Of a stretch of DNA of 64,000 nt, positions 18,818-27,687 are shown in pieces. Source of the DNA: Cenarchaeum sp. (GTDB lineage Archaea > Thermoproteota > Nitrososphaeria > Nitrososphaerales > Nitrosopumilaceae); the NCBI GenBank assembly GCA_965242695.1, contig CBDESU010000001.1, positions 1,856,001 through 1,920,000 on the forward strand, in the 5' to 3' direction. Numbering within the stretch: the stretch's first letter is position 1; each line of letters starts with the position of its first letter. Below the pieces are notes generated by a model, which ran no database searches, was not told where the DNA came from, and was given only the letters and a program-made list of their open reading frames with translations. The position numbers were made by a program, and so were the translations under genes.

Positions 18818-20338
18818 GTGTCGTACCCGCTCACCGCCGATGCGGGCGGCATCAAGGTAAGGCCCGAGCGGATGGAGCGCGAGAGGCTGTACCACTGCGT
18901 GGCAGGCGACAAGGTGATGCTCGTGTACAGGGACAACCAGGACGTCCTGCACTGCTACGAGGTAGAGGAGAGCGAGCTCGTCAAGAGGGTCAGAAGCTGC
19001 CCCGACAGGGGCATGGTCGACGGGATACTTGCCCGGTATGCGGCCGAGATCGGCACGGGGGACGGGGCACACATAAATAAAAGCGCCGGCGATGCCGGCA
19101 ACGAGGAGCCGTTGAGCAGCGACAAGAAGCCTACCGACGCCGAGCAGATACTCTCCGAGTTCAGGGCCGGCGGCGGGCAGGGGCCGGAATTGGAGAGCGA
19201 AGAGGCGGCCGGCGGCAGGCCGGCGCGGGGCCAGGACGAACGGTCGGCGGCCGAGGGGCAAGCCGAGATTTCTGGCGCAGGCGACTTGGCGTTCATGCCG
19301 CCCAATGCGGAGCAGGGGCAGGCTAGTGCCGAGCCCGAGCGGCAGGCGGCCGGAGATGCGGCGGCCGAGCCCGAGCGGCAGGCGGCGGCGGCATCGGTCG
19401 AGGCCGAGCCAGAACCGGAGCGGCAGGCGGCGGCCGAGCCCGAGACCGAGAAGCAGGCGGCGGCTGCGGATGCCGCCGTAGATGCCGAGTACGAGAAGCA
19501 GGCGGCGGCTGCGGATGCCGCCGTAGATGCCGAGTACGAGAAGCAGGCGGCGGCTGCGGATGCCGCCGTAGATGCCGAGTACGAGAAGCAGGCGGCGGCT
19601 GCGGATGCCGCCGTAGATGCCGAGTACGAGAAGCAGGCGGCGGCTGCGGATGCCGCCGTAGATGCCGAGTACGAGAAGCAGGCGGCGGCTGCGGATGCCG
19701 CCGTAGATGCCGAGTACGAGAAGCAGGCGGCGGCTGCGGATGCCGCCGTAGATGCCGAGTACGAGAAGCAGGCGGCGGCTGCGGATGCCGCCGTAGATGC
19801 CGAGTACGAGAAGCAGGCGGCGGCCGAGACCGAGCCAGAACCGGCGGCATCAGCCGAGCCCGATCAGCCAGCTCCGGCGGAAGAGCCCCCGTTTGGAACC
19901 GCAACTGCCCCGCCCGAGGCAGGAGAGCCTCAGGCCGCGCAGGAAAAGCCCGCGGAAGGGGCCGAGGCGCAGCCAGCAGGAGGGCAGGAGGAGGGCGCCG
20001 GCGATGCAAAGCCCGAGCGCAACAACATCGTGTTCATCGGGCAAAAGTCGACGATGGACTACGTCCAGGCCACCCTCACGAGGCTCTCAAACTACCACTT
20101 TGTGACGATTACGGCAAGGGGCAAGAGGATAACGCTAGCCGTCGACGTCTCACAGATGATCGTAAAGAGGATGAACAAGGTAGGCTACGAGATCAGCGAG
20201 GTCAGGATAGGCTCTGACACGATGGAGTCCGAGGACGGCAAGATACGCAACGTCTCTACCATCGAGATCGACATCGTCGACGGGATGGATCCCGGGCAGG
20301 GCGGAGGAGGCGGCGACGCCGAGCAGCCGGCCGCCTAG
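18818..20338 (+). CDS. Read-through fusion of a small hypothetical protein, an acidic repeat linker and an Alba domain (internal TTG start at 19112 likely)
   Basis: C-terminal IVFIGQKSTMDYV...ARGKRITLAVDV...RNVSTIEI is Alba; internal ATAAATAAAA and GAGGAG before TTG 19112. Confidence 0.8.
   Translation: MSYPLTADAGGIKVRPERMERERLYHCVAGDKVMLVYRDNQDVLHCYEVEESELVKRVRSCPDRGMVDGILARYAAEIGTGDGAHINKSAGDAGNEEPLSSDKKPTDAEQILSEFRAGGGQGPELESEEAAGGRPARGQDERSAAEGQAEISGAGDLAFMPPNAEQGQASAEPERQAAGDAAAEPERQAAAASVEAEPEPERQAAAEPETEKQAAAADAAVDAEYEKQAAAADAAVDAEYEKQAAAADAAVDAEYEKQAAAADAAVDAEYEKQAAAADAAVDAEYEKQAAAADAAVDAEYEKQAAAADAAVDAEYEKQAAAADAAVDAEYEKQAAAETEPEPAASAEPDQPAPAEEPPFGTATAPPEAGEPQAAQEKPAEGAEAQPAGGQEEGAGDAKPERNNIVFIGQKSTMDYVQATLTRLSNYHFVTITARGKRITLAVDVSQMIVKRMNKVGYEISEVRIGSDTMESEDGKIRNVSTIEIDIVDGMDPGQGGGGGDAEQPAA
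19448..19807 (+). repeat. 8 perfect copies of a 45-bp in-frame repeat (EKQAAAADAAVDAEY)
   Basis: gagaagcaggcggcggctgcggatgccgccgtagatgccgagtac x8. Confidence 0.95.
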
Positions 20339-21291
20339 CCGCCGGCCCCCCTCTCGGACAGCCTCTTGAGTAGGGCAGCGTACAGGAACGGCAGTGCCGT
20401 CGTCGCCTCGGCATGCAGCGTAGCCTGCCTGGCCTGCCGCGTCACCTTGCCCCACGATATGGCCTCCCTGACGAGCGCGCCGCTCAGGCTGCCGTCAAAC
20501 TCCTGCGCCGTCGTCAGGTACAGCGCGTAGTCTAGGCCCCCCCTGTACTGGTTCCACCACAGCGTGTGGTGCTTTGATATGCCGCCGCCGACCATGAGGG
20601 CCCCCGACCGCTCGGCGTTGAAGACGAGGCCGGAGAGCAGGTTTGCGTCGCCGAGCGGGTCGAGCGAAAAGTCGGGGTGCTTTTGCGAGAACATCCACAG
20701 CTGGCTGCCGACGGCTCCGTCCATTATCCCCGGCACGACGACGGGTATCGAGTTCTCCGAGGCCCTGTGCAGGAACGAGTCGCCGCCGAGCCGCCTGCCG
20801 ATCATCGCCGTCACGTCGGCCGACGTCATCGTCCGCGCGCCGGCGGCGTACTCGGCCTCGAGGTACTCCTGCATCTTTTCCTCGATGACGGGGCCGTAGC
20901 TGGCCATCGGGACGAGGACGTTGCCGAGGCGGTGGATGTCGCGGTCGGCGAGCTCCGAGTCGTCCATGGTGAACGAGCCCTCTAGGTAGTCTGCGTGCGA
21001 CCTTGCAAGGTCGTGGTCGAGGGCGCCGCAGGTCGTGACGGCCACGTCGAACATGCGCGCTCCGAGCATGTCGCGGATGACGCCGCGCAGGCCAGTCGAG
21101 ACGACGGCCCCGACGAACGAGACGAAGCGGAGGCAGCGCTCGTCAGAGACCATCGAGTCGAGTATGTCGAGGCCGGCCGACATGCTAGTCGACTCGAACC
21201 CCCCCGATGCGGCCATCTCGGAGAGTATGGAGGCCGGATCGCTGCCGGCCGTAATGCTCATGTCGCGGACGGGGCGGCCCGGCTCGATCAT
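20335..21291 (-). CDS. dys: Deoxyhypusine synthase
   Basis: STGLRG, HRLGNVLVP, GGGISKHH, AQEFDGSLSGA..EAISWGK. Confidence 0.95.
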   Translation of the reverse strand: MIEPGRPVRDMSITAGSDPASILSEMAASGGFESTSMSAGLDILDSMVSDERCLRFVSFVGAVVSTGLRGVIRDMLGARMFDVAVTTCGALDHDLARSHADYLEGSFTMDDSELADRDIHRLGNVLVPMASYGPVIEEKMQEYLEAEYAAGARTMTSADVTAMIGRRLGGDSFLHRASENSIPVVVPGIMDGAVGSQLWMFSQKHPDFSLDPLGDANLLSGLVFNAERSGALMVGGGISKHHTLWWNQYRGGLDYALYLTTAQEFDGSLSGALVREAISWGKVTRQARQATLHAEATTALPFLYAALLKRLSERGAGG

Positions 21292-21708
21292 GCGCAGCGG
21301 CGGGGCGGGGCGGTATTAAACCGTGGCATGGAATCAGGGGGAAGGGGCGCATGCCGGGGCGCAGGGCCGCCCTGCCGGGGCCCGTCCCCGATGCGCGCCG
21401 CTCGCGGCCCTGTCTACATGCGAGGAGCTGGACGGGTACGATCCGTCCGGAAGGACCGCCTTCGGCATGCATCCCCCCGAGGCATGGGCGGGCTTGTGCG
21501 AAAGTGCCAAGTACAATGCAACAGTCCTCCAGGCAGTCCTCATAGGGGGCTTCACGATAGTCCCCGGCTACGCCATTGTGTCCATCCTGCGGTACTAGGC
21601 GCGCCACCTCGCCGGGCCTCGCAATCCTGCGTGGCCGGACGTATAGGCGATCGGGTACGATCATACTAGGCAGCAGGCAGATCTTGGTGCCGCCGTCGCC
21701 TAGCATCC

Positions 21709-22479
21709 TTATGGCATCCTAGTGGCCAGTGCCGGAATGCCGGCCTGCGCGGCCGCGGCCCCCATGCCGCCGCCTGCGCCCTGCAGGCAGTGTTCCGCCA
21801 TCCGGCCAATCCTGCCCCCGATCCTGCCATCCGCCGCGCATGGCACGGCCGCGGCGGCATCCTCGATCGCCGACAGCATCCAGGCCGCATCGGCGGCAAT
21901 CCCGCCCCCTATGCGCGCGGCCGCCTCCTCGCTCATTCCGCACCTCACCATGATGTCGACAGCCGGCACGGAGCTTGTCCAGCAGTGCAGGGCGGCGGCG
22001 ATGCCCAAGGCCCTGCCGGCCAGGCCTGCAGCGCCGGCGCCGGCGCCCTCGAGGATGCCGCGCAGCCTCTCCACCTCCGGCGGCACCCGCACAGCCCCCT
22101 CCGCGCAGAGGCCCATGCCCTGCGCCGCCATCGCGACTCCCGCGGTCGCCAGGATGGCCAGATCCAAGTCCTCCCCGGACAGGCAGGCAGCGGCCACGGC
22201 CTCTAGGCAGGCCCTGACCAGCACGGACGACCGCGGCGAGAGCGCGGATGCCCCGGCCCTTGCCCCGTATGGTGTTGCAACGTAATTGCCGTCCCGATCC
22301 CTGGCGACAAGGCCCATGTCCGCAAGGCCGCCCATCTCCCTGCGCACCAGCGCGTCAAGGCCGTCCGCCGCCTGCCCGCCGGCCGGCGGCGGCCCCGGCG
22401 GCCCCGGCGGCCTCGCCCACGACGACCATATGCGATCGACCAACGAGCCGGCCGCAACGGCGGCGCCCTTGCCCGCCAC
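21709..22479 (-). CDS. Stand-alone Hel308/Ski2-like C-terminal (winged-helix/ratchet) fragment
   Basis: LADMGLV...YVATPYGA...LSPRS and LHCWTS..DI..CGM...DAAWML; no Walker or DExH motifs. Confidence 0.5.
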   Translation of the reverse strand: MAGKGAAVAAGSLVDRIWSSWARPPGPPGPPPAGGQAADGLDALVRREMGGLADMGLVARDRDGNYVATPYGARAGASALSPRSSVLVRACLEAVAAACLSGEDLDLAILATAGVAMAAQGMGLCAEGAVRVPPEVERLRGILEGAGAGAAGLAGRALGIAAALHCWTSSVPAVDIMVRCGMSEEAAARIGGGIAADAAWMLSAIEDAAAAVPCAADGRIGGRIGRMAEHCLQGAGGGMGAAAAQAGIPALATRMP

Positions 22480-22583
22480 TACTCCAAGGAGCTGCGGCAG
22501 CGCGCTGCCGGCCGGACGACGCGCGCCGCGGCCGCGGCCGCGCCCCCCGCAACCAATTTAAGGCCGCACTTCGGCGCGCCGCC

Positions 22584-23348
22584 GTGAGGCTTCGCGACAA
22601 GGTGGCAGTCGTAACGGGCGCGTCAAGCGACATCGGCAGGAGCACCGTCGGGCGCTTCGTGCAGGAGGGCGCAAGGGTCGTCCTCGTCGGCCGCAACCTA
22701 GAGTCGCTGGAGGCGGCAAGGAAGGAGGCCGGCGGCGAACCCGACGCGACCGTATCCATGGTCTGCGACGTGACCGACGTCGGCCAGGTCGAGCAGGTCG
22801 CCAACCAGGTCGCCGGCAGGTACGGCCGCATAGACGTGCTCGTCAACGGGGCAGGCGCGCTCAACGATCCGGTCCACTTCCACGAGATGCGCACGGCCGA
22901 CATAAGGTCCATGATCCACTCTAACATGCTCGGAGTCCTCTTCCCGACGCGCGCCGTCCTCTCAAAGATGGTCGAGTCGGGGTCAGGCTCTATCGTCAAC
23001 GTGGCCTCGATAGCCGGCCAGAGGGCCATCCCGCGCGTGCACCTGGCCGCCTACTCGTCGACAAAGGCGGCCGTCATTATGTTCACCCGGTCGATCGCCG
23101 TAGAGTACGCGCGCAGGAACATTAGGTGCAACTGCATTAGCCCCGGCATCGTCAGGTCGGGCATGATAAAGCCGTTCCTCGACGACCCCGGCGCGAGGAA
23201 GACGCTCGAGAACAGCCTGCCGATCAACCGCATCGGCGAGCCGGCCGACGTGGCCAACGCCGTGCTCTTCATGGCGTCCGACGAGGCGTCGTGGATAACG
23301 GGGACCGTCCTAGAGGTCGACGGCGGCAAGTCCGCGTCAGAGTCCTAG
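22584..23348 (+). CDS. SDR family oxidoreductase
   Basis: VTGASSDIG, NGAG, YSSTK, VDGG. Confidence 0.9.
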   Translation: MRLRDKVAVVTGASSDIGRSTVGRFVQEGARVVLVGRNLESLEAARKEAGGEPDATVSMVCDVTDVGQVEQVANQVAGRYGRIDVLVNGAGALNDPVHFHEMRTADIRSMIHSNMLGVLFPTRAVLSKMVESGSGSIVNVASIAGQRAIPRVHLAAYSSTKAAVIMFTRSIAVEYARRNIRCNCISPGIVRSGMIKPFLDDPGARKTLENSLPINRIGEPADVANAVLFMASDEASWITGTVLEVDGGKSASES

Positions 23349-23950
23349 TACGGGCCGCGCGAATGCCGGCGGGCCGCCCGGGCAACAAGCCGCGCGATCC
23401 TGAACGGCTCTGGCACCGATCCCTGCACCGTCATCGAGTCGAGCAGGCGACCGGCCTGCTCCGGCCGGCAGCCCGCGCACCGGACGAACAGGTCGTGCGA
23501 GGTGCGCAGGCGGATGCGCGTTCGCGGGCCCTGCCTCGAGAATGCGGCGGCCCTTGCCTCTGGGCCCGCGCCCGATCCAATGGCTGCAAGCCTCCTGGCC
23601 AGGGCCGCGCCGCCGTCGGCCGGCTCTGCGTAGCTGACGGCGACGGCAGGAACGCCGGCGCGCTCGCGTATCATCTCCAGGTCGACGACGTTGTACGACG
23701 AGACGACGGCGCCCGAGACGGCGACGAGCCCGACGTCGTCGCGGCCGAGCCTGGCGTGCATCGAGGCGATCTGCTCGGCCGCGTCCATCCCGCCGATCGT
23801 CGCGGATCCGAGGACGAACCCGTCGATGGCCAGGTCGCGCCGCATGACGACGCCGGCGAGAGTCGACGTGCGGTCGGCGCCGGCCGCAAAGCTCTCGGCC
23901 ACGAACAGGCCCCTCGCGCCGGGCTTGTCCAGGTTTGGGCGCGGCGCCAA
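23345..23950 (-). CDS. DUF99/UPF0215 endonuclease V-like protein
   Basis: AESF, IDGF...TIGGMDA, YNVVD, VPEPFRIARL. Confidence 0.85.
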   Translation of the reverse strand: MAPRPNLDKPGARGLFVAESFAAGADRTSTLAGVVMRRDLAIDGFVLGSATIGGMDAAEQIASMHARLGRDDVGLVAVSGAVVSSYNVVDLEMIRERAGVPAVAVSYAEPADGGAALARRLAAIGSGAGPEARAAAFSRQGPRTRIRLRTSHDLFVRCAGCRPEQAGRLLDSMTVQGSVPEPFRIARLVARAARRHSRGPY

Positions 23951-23957
23951 GCCGGCC

Positions 23958-24137
23958 CTACCCCGCGCCGCTGCCGGCGGAGCCGCCCCCGCCGGCGCCT
24001 TCCAGGCCCGCCTCCTCCCTCGGATGCCGCCTCCGCCGCGCGCCGCAGTACGCGCGGTACGACAGCGCAGTGGCCATCATGAGGGCCGCCGCGGCCAGCG
24101 ACCAGCCCGCAAAAGCGCCGGCGTCGAACGCGGGCAT
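23958..24137 (-). CDS. Small membrane protein
   Basis: One hydrophobic helix; TATTTA box upstream. Confidence 0.45.
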   Translation of the reverse strand: MPAFDAGAFAGWSLAAAALMMATALSYRAYCGARRRRHPREEAGLEGAGGGGSAGSGAG

Positions 24138-24187
24138 GCCGGATCGGGCGCCCAAGCGCATAAATACGCTTGCGGGGCGGTGCGGCC

Positions 24188-24391
24188 GTGCCCGAGCTCT
24201 TGTGCGAGGCGTGCGGCAAGCGCATGTTCCACGAAAACGAGACGACCCTTGCGGTAGAGGCCAAGATACACAAAAAGTTCTGCCGCGAGGGCGGCGGCTA
24301 CCACAGCTACATGCACCGCGACGCGGCGCACCCGGCGCCGTTCGATGCAGAGCGCGCGGCCGACACGGACGGCGCCCCCGTCCTCAAGTAG
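24188..24391 (+). CDS. Small Zn-binding protein
   Basis: CEAC...HKKFC; TAAATA box ~25 nt upstream. Confidence 0.65.
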   Translation: MPELLCEACGKRMFHENETTLAVEAKIHKKFCREGGGYHSYMHRDAAHPAPFDAERAADTDGAPVLK

Positions 24392-24442
24392 CGCGCGGGC
24401 GCGGCAAGGTAGATTTACGCACGGGTGCGCCGACGGCCGTCC

Positions 24443-25732
24443 ATGGCAGCGGCCGGCTTTCCAGGGTCAGAGTACTACGATGTGGTCGTCGCCGGAGCCG
24501 GCCCCGCCGGCTCGTCGGCCGCGCGCGCGGCGGCAGAGGCCGGCGCGAGCGTGTGCCTGCTAGAAAAGGAGGGGGCGGTATCCGAGACGGTCCGCACGAG
24601 CGGCGTCACGTGGGAGTCCGACGCCGAGCGGCTCGGCATACCCCCCTACTGCTACAATACGGTCGGCAAATTCTCGTTCCGCTCGCCCGGCCGGACCGTG
24701 ACTGTCGGCGGGGGCGCAGGAGGCGGGCCGCGCGCGGCCGTCCTCAACGTGCGGCGCACGTACAGGTGGCTTGCAAGGCGGGCCGTCGAGGCCGGCGCCG
24801 AGCTGTACACGGGAACGGCCGCGGCAGGGGCGCTGACGGGGGAGGGCGGCAGGGTCACCGGCGTGAGGGTGCGCGGGCCCCGAGTAGGCGAGGCGGACAT
24901 ACGCGCCGGCGTCGTGGTCGACGCGACCGGCTTCCAGTCCGCGGTCGCCAGGTCGGCTGGGCTTGTCGGGCCGTGGCCGAGGTACGGCGTAGGGGCAGAG
25001 TACGAGGCGCGCGCCGAGCATGCGGACCAGGACGAGTGGTGGATAATGGTCGGCAGCATGTACTCGCCGGCGGGGTACGCGTGGATATTCCCGGCCGGCG
25101 GCGACCTCGTCAGGGTCGGCGTCGGGATTGGCAAGCCCGAGTCGGCAGAGGACCCCGCGCGCCTCCTCGACCGGCTCGTGCGGGACGGGACGGGGCCGAT
25201 AGCTGGGCTCGGGCGCCTGTCCGTGACGGAGTCGCACTTTGGCCTCATACCCAACGGCGGGCAGTCCAGGCCGACCGCATTCGACGGCCTGCTGCTCGCC
25301 GGCGACACTGCCGGGCAGGCCAACCCGCTCGTGCTAGAGGGCATACGGTACGCCGTCCGGTTCGGCGCCGAGGCCGGCGCGGTCGCCGCCGGGGCCGTCG
25401 CCGCCGGAGACGTGTCGGCCGCCTACCTGTCCAGGTACGAGAGGGGGTGGCGGGGCGCCGTCGGCTCGCGCCTCAGGGCGGCCGGCCGCGTGCAGGACAG
25501 GTGGATCGGAATGGACGATGCCGGGTGGGACGCCGAGATCGGCGTCATCGGCGAGCTCGGCACGGGCGACTTTGTCGACTTTATCCGCGCCGAGTTCGGC
25601 TCGGCCCGCATGGCCCGCATGGCCGTGCGGCACCCGAGGATGGCCGCGCGCCAGCTGCTCGGCATCGTCAGGGGGGCGGCCGGGCGGCGGCGGAGGGGAG
25701 GGGGGCCCGGGGAGGCCGGCGGCCCGCCCTAG
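24443..25732 (+). CDS. Geranylgeranyl reductase family FAD oxidoreductase
   Basis: GAGPAGS, VDATG, GYAWIFP, AGDTAGQANPLVLEGIRYA. Confidence 0.9.
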   Translation: MAAAGFPGSEYYDVVVAGAGPAGSSAARAAAEAGASVCLLEKEGAVSETVRTSGVTWESDAERLGIPPYCYNTVGKFSFRSPGRTVTVGGGAGGGPRAAVLNVRRTYRWLARRAVEAGAELYTGTAAAGALTGEGGRVTGVRVRGPRVGEADIRAGVVVDATGFQSAVARSAGLVGPWPRYGVGAEYEARAEHADQDEWWIMVGSMYSPAGYAWIFPAGGDLVRVGVGIGKPESAEDPARLLDRLVRDGTGPIAGLGRLSVTESHFGLIPNGGQSRPTAFDGLLLAGDTAGQANPLVLEGIRYAVRFGAEAGAVAAGAVAAGDVSAAYLSRYERGWRGAVGSRLRAAGRVQDRWIGMDDAGWDAEIGVIGELGTGDFVDFIRAEFGSARMARMAVRHPRMAARQLLGIVRGAAGRRRRGGGPGEAGGPP

Positions 25733-25763
25733 GATTTTATAATTGCGGGGCCGGGTGCGCTCC

Positions 25764-26876
25764 GTGCACTCGATACGGACGGAGTCGCTCGTCAAGGAGT
25801 ACGGCGGCGGGGTGCGCGCCGTCGACGGGATAACGTTCGACGTCGACGAGGGCGAGATATTCGGGTTCCTCGGCCCCAACGGCGCCGGCAAGAGCACTAC
25901 GATGATGATACTCACGACCCTGCTCAAGCCGACGTCGGGCAGGGCCCTCGTGTCTGGGATGGACGTGGCCGCCGACCCGGGCGGCGTGCGGAGGTGCATC
26001 GGCTACGTCCAGCAGGAGACGGCGTCCGACGAGTTCCTGACCGGCAGGGAGAACCTCCTGCTGCAGGCGCGCATGAACCGCATGCCGCGCGGCAGGGCAG
26101 CCTCGCGCATAGACGAGGTCGTCGGCATAATAGAGCTCGAGGACATGCAGGACGAGGCGGTCCTGACCTACTCGGGCGGCATGCGCAAGAGGCTCGACAT
26201 AGCCGGCGGCTTGCTCCACATGCCGCGCATACTGTTCCTCGACGAGCCGACCGTGGGGCTCGACATACAGACGCGCCGCAAGATATGGGAGTACATACGA
26301 AGGCTGCACGACGAGTACGGCATGTCGATATTCGTCTCGACGCACTACATGGAGGAGGCCGACCGCCTGTGCGACGAGGTCGCCATAATCGACCACGGGA
26401 AGATACAGGCCATCGACACGCCGTCGAACATGAAGGCGTCGCTCGGCGACGAGGCGGCCACGCTGACGATCGCGGGGTGGTGCGCAGGCGGCGGCGGGGG
26501 CGCCGCGGAGGGCGAGGTCGGCGGGGGCGCCGCGGCCGCCAGGGCGCGCCTGGCAGGGGCGGTCGAGTCGCTATCCGGCGTCAAGGGCGTCTCGCTACAC
26601 GGCGAGGGCGAAGGCGAGGTCGAGGAGAGCCGCATGACCGTGTTTGCATCCGATGCGGCGCGCACGCTCGCGCGCGTGTTCGAGGCGGCCGCCGCCGCAG
26701 GCGTGTCCATCGGGTCGGTCTCGCTGGCCAGGCCCACCCTAGACGACGTCTTCATATCGTACACGGGCCGCGACCTGCGCGACGGGACGCCGGGCGGCGG
26801 CGGGAAGAACCGCGACGGGCGGGGCACGTTCGGCGCGGGCACGCCGCCGCCGCGGCCGCGCGGCAGGGGATCGTAG
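25764..26876 (+). CDS. ABC transporter ATP-binding protein (DrrA-like)
   Basis: GPNGAGKST, YSGGM, LFLDEPT, STHY. Confidence 0.95.
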   Translation: MHSIRTESLVKEYGGGVRAVDGITFDVDEGEIFGFLGPNGAGKSTTMMILTTLLKPTSGRALVSGMDVAADPGGVRRCIGYVQQETASDEFLTGRENLLLQARMNRMPRGRAASRIDEVVGIIELEDMQDEAVLTYSGGMRKRLDIAGGLLHMPRILFLDEPTVGLDIQTRRKIWEYIRRLHDEYGMSIFVSTHYMEEADRLCDEVAIIDHGKIQAIDTPSNMKASLGDEAATLTIAGWCAGGGGGAAEGEVGGGAAAARARLAGAVESLSGVKGVSLHGEGEGEVEESRMTVFASDAARTLARVFEAAAAAGVSIGSVSLARPTLDDVFISYTGRDLRDGTPGGGGKNRDGRGTFGAGTPPPRPRGRGS

Positions 26877-26878
26877 CG

Positions 26879-27658
26879 ATGCACTTTGCAGCGGACGCGT
26901 ACGCCGTGTTCTGGCGCGAGATGAAGAGGTACCGCAAGTCGCGCAGCGGCGTGCTCATCCGCCTCATACAGCCGGTGGTGTGGATGGTCGTCGTCGGCAA
27001 CATATTTGCCGGCACGCAGCCGCTCATAGAGTCGGTTGGGTTCGACGGCGAGTATATCGAGTTCATGACGCCGGGCGTCATCATACTCACGGCCATATTC
27101 ACGAGCATTTTCGGCGGCGTCAACACGCTGTGGGACCGGCGGTACGGGTTCATGAACAGGGTCCTGGCCTCGCCCATGTCCAGGCCGGCGATCGCCGCCG
27201 GCAAGATGGGCGCCATCTCGCTCATATCGGCCCTGCAGGCGTCGCTGATCATCGGCATTGCGATGGCCATCGGCGTGAGGTTCGCCGACCCGCTGGCCAT
27301 AGCCCCGATACTCGCCACCGTCGTCCTGTTCTCGCTCGGGTTTTCCGGCATATCGGTGACGGTCGCGGCGACCGCAAAGTCGCAGGAGACGTTCTGGGGC
27401 GCGATCAACTTTCTCGGGATGCCGCTGTTCATGCTCAGCCCCGCCCTGTTCCCGCTCGAGCTTCTGCCCGAGTGGCTGTCGGTAGTCGCCCAGCTCAACC
27501 CCGTCACGTACACCGTGCTCCTCGTGAGGGACCTCATGGGAGGGACGGCGTCGTGGTCGCTTGCGGCCATCAACCTGGCCGTGATCGGCGCATTCGTCGC
27601 CGCCACGGCGGCCGTCGCCAGCTACGTGTTTACGCGCGAGGTCAACAAGCCGTTTTAG
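26879..27658 (+). CDS. ABC-2 type permease
   Basis: Six TM segments; DRRYGF, NPVTY. Confidence 0.9.
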   Translation: MHFAADAYAVFWREMKRYRKSRSGVLIRLIQPVVWMVVVGNIFAGTQPLIESVGFDGEYIEFMTPGVIILTAIFTSIFGGVNTLWDRRYGFMNRVLASPMSRPAIAAGKMGAISLISALQASLIIGIAMAIGVRFADPLAIAPILATVVLFSLGFSGISVTVAATAKSQETFWGAINFLGMPLFMLSPALFPLELLPEWLSVVAQLNPVTYTVLLVRDLMGGTASWSLAAINLAVIGAFVAATAAVASYVFTREVNKPF

Positions 27659-27687
27659 CGCGCCGCATGCTGTCTGCAGACACGGTG

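Noticed and set aside
21323-21598. 91-aa ORF with a hydrophobic C-terminus
   Set aside because: The nearby TATA box fits dys on the other strand and the N-terminus is not protein-like; left uncalled
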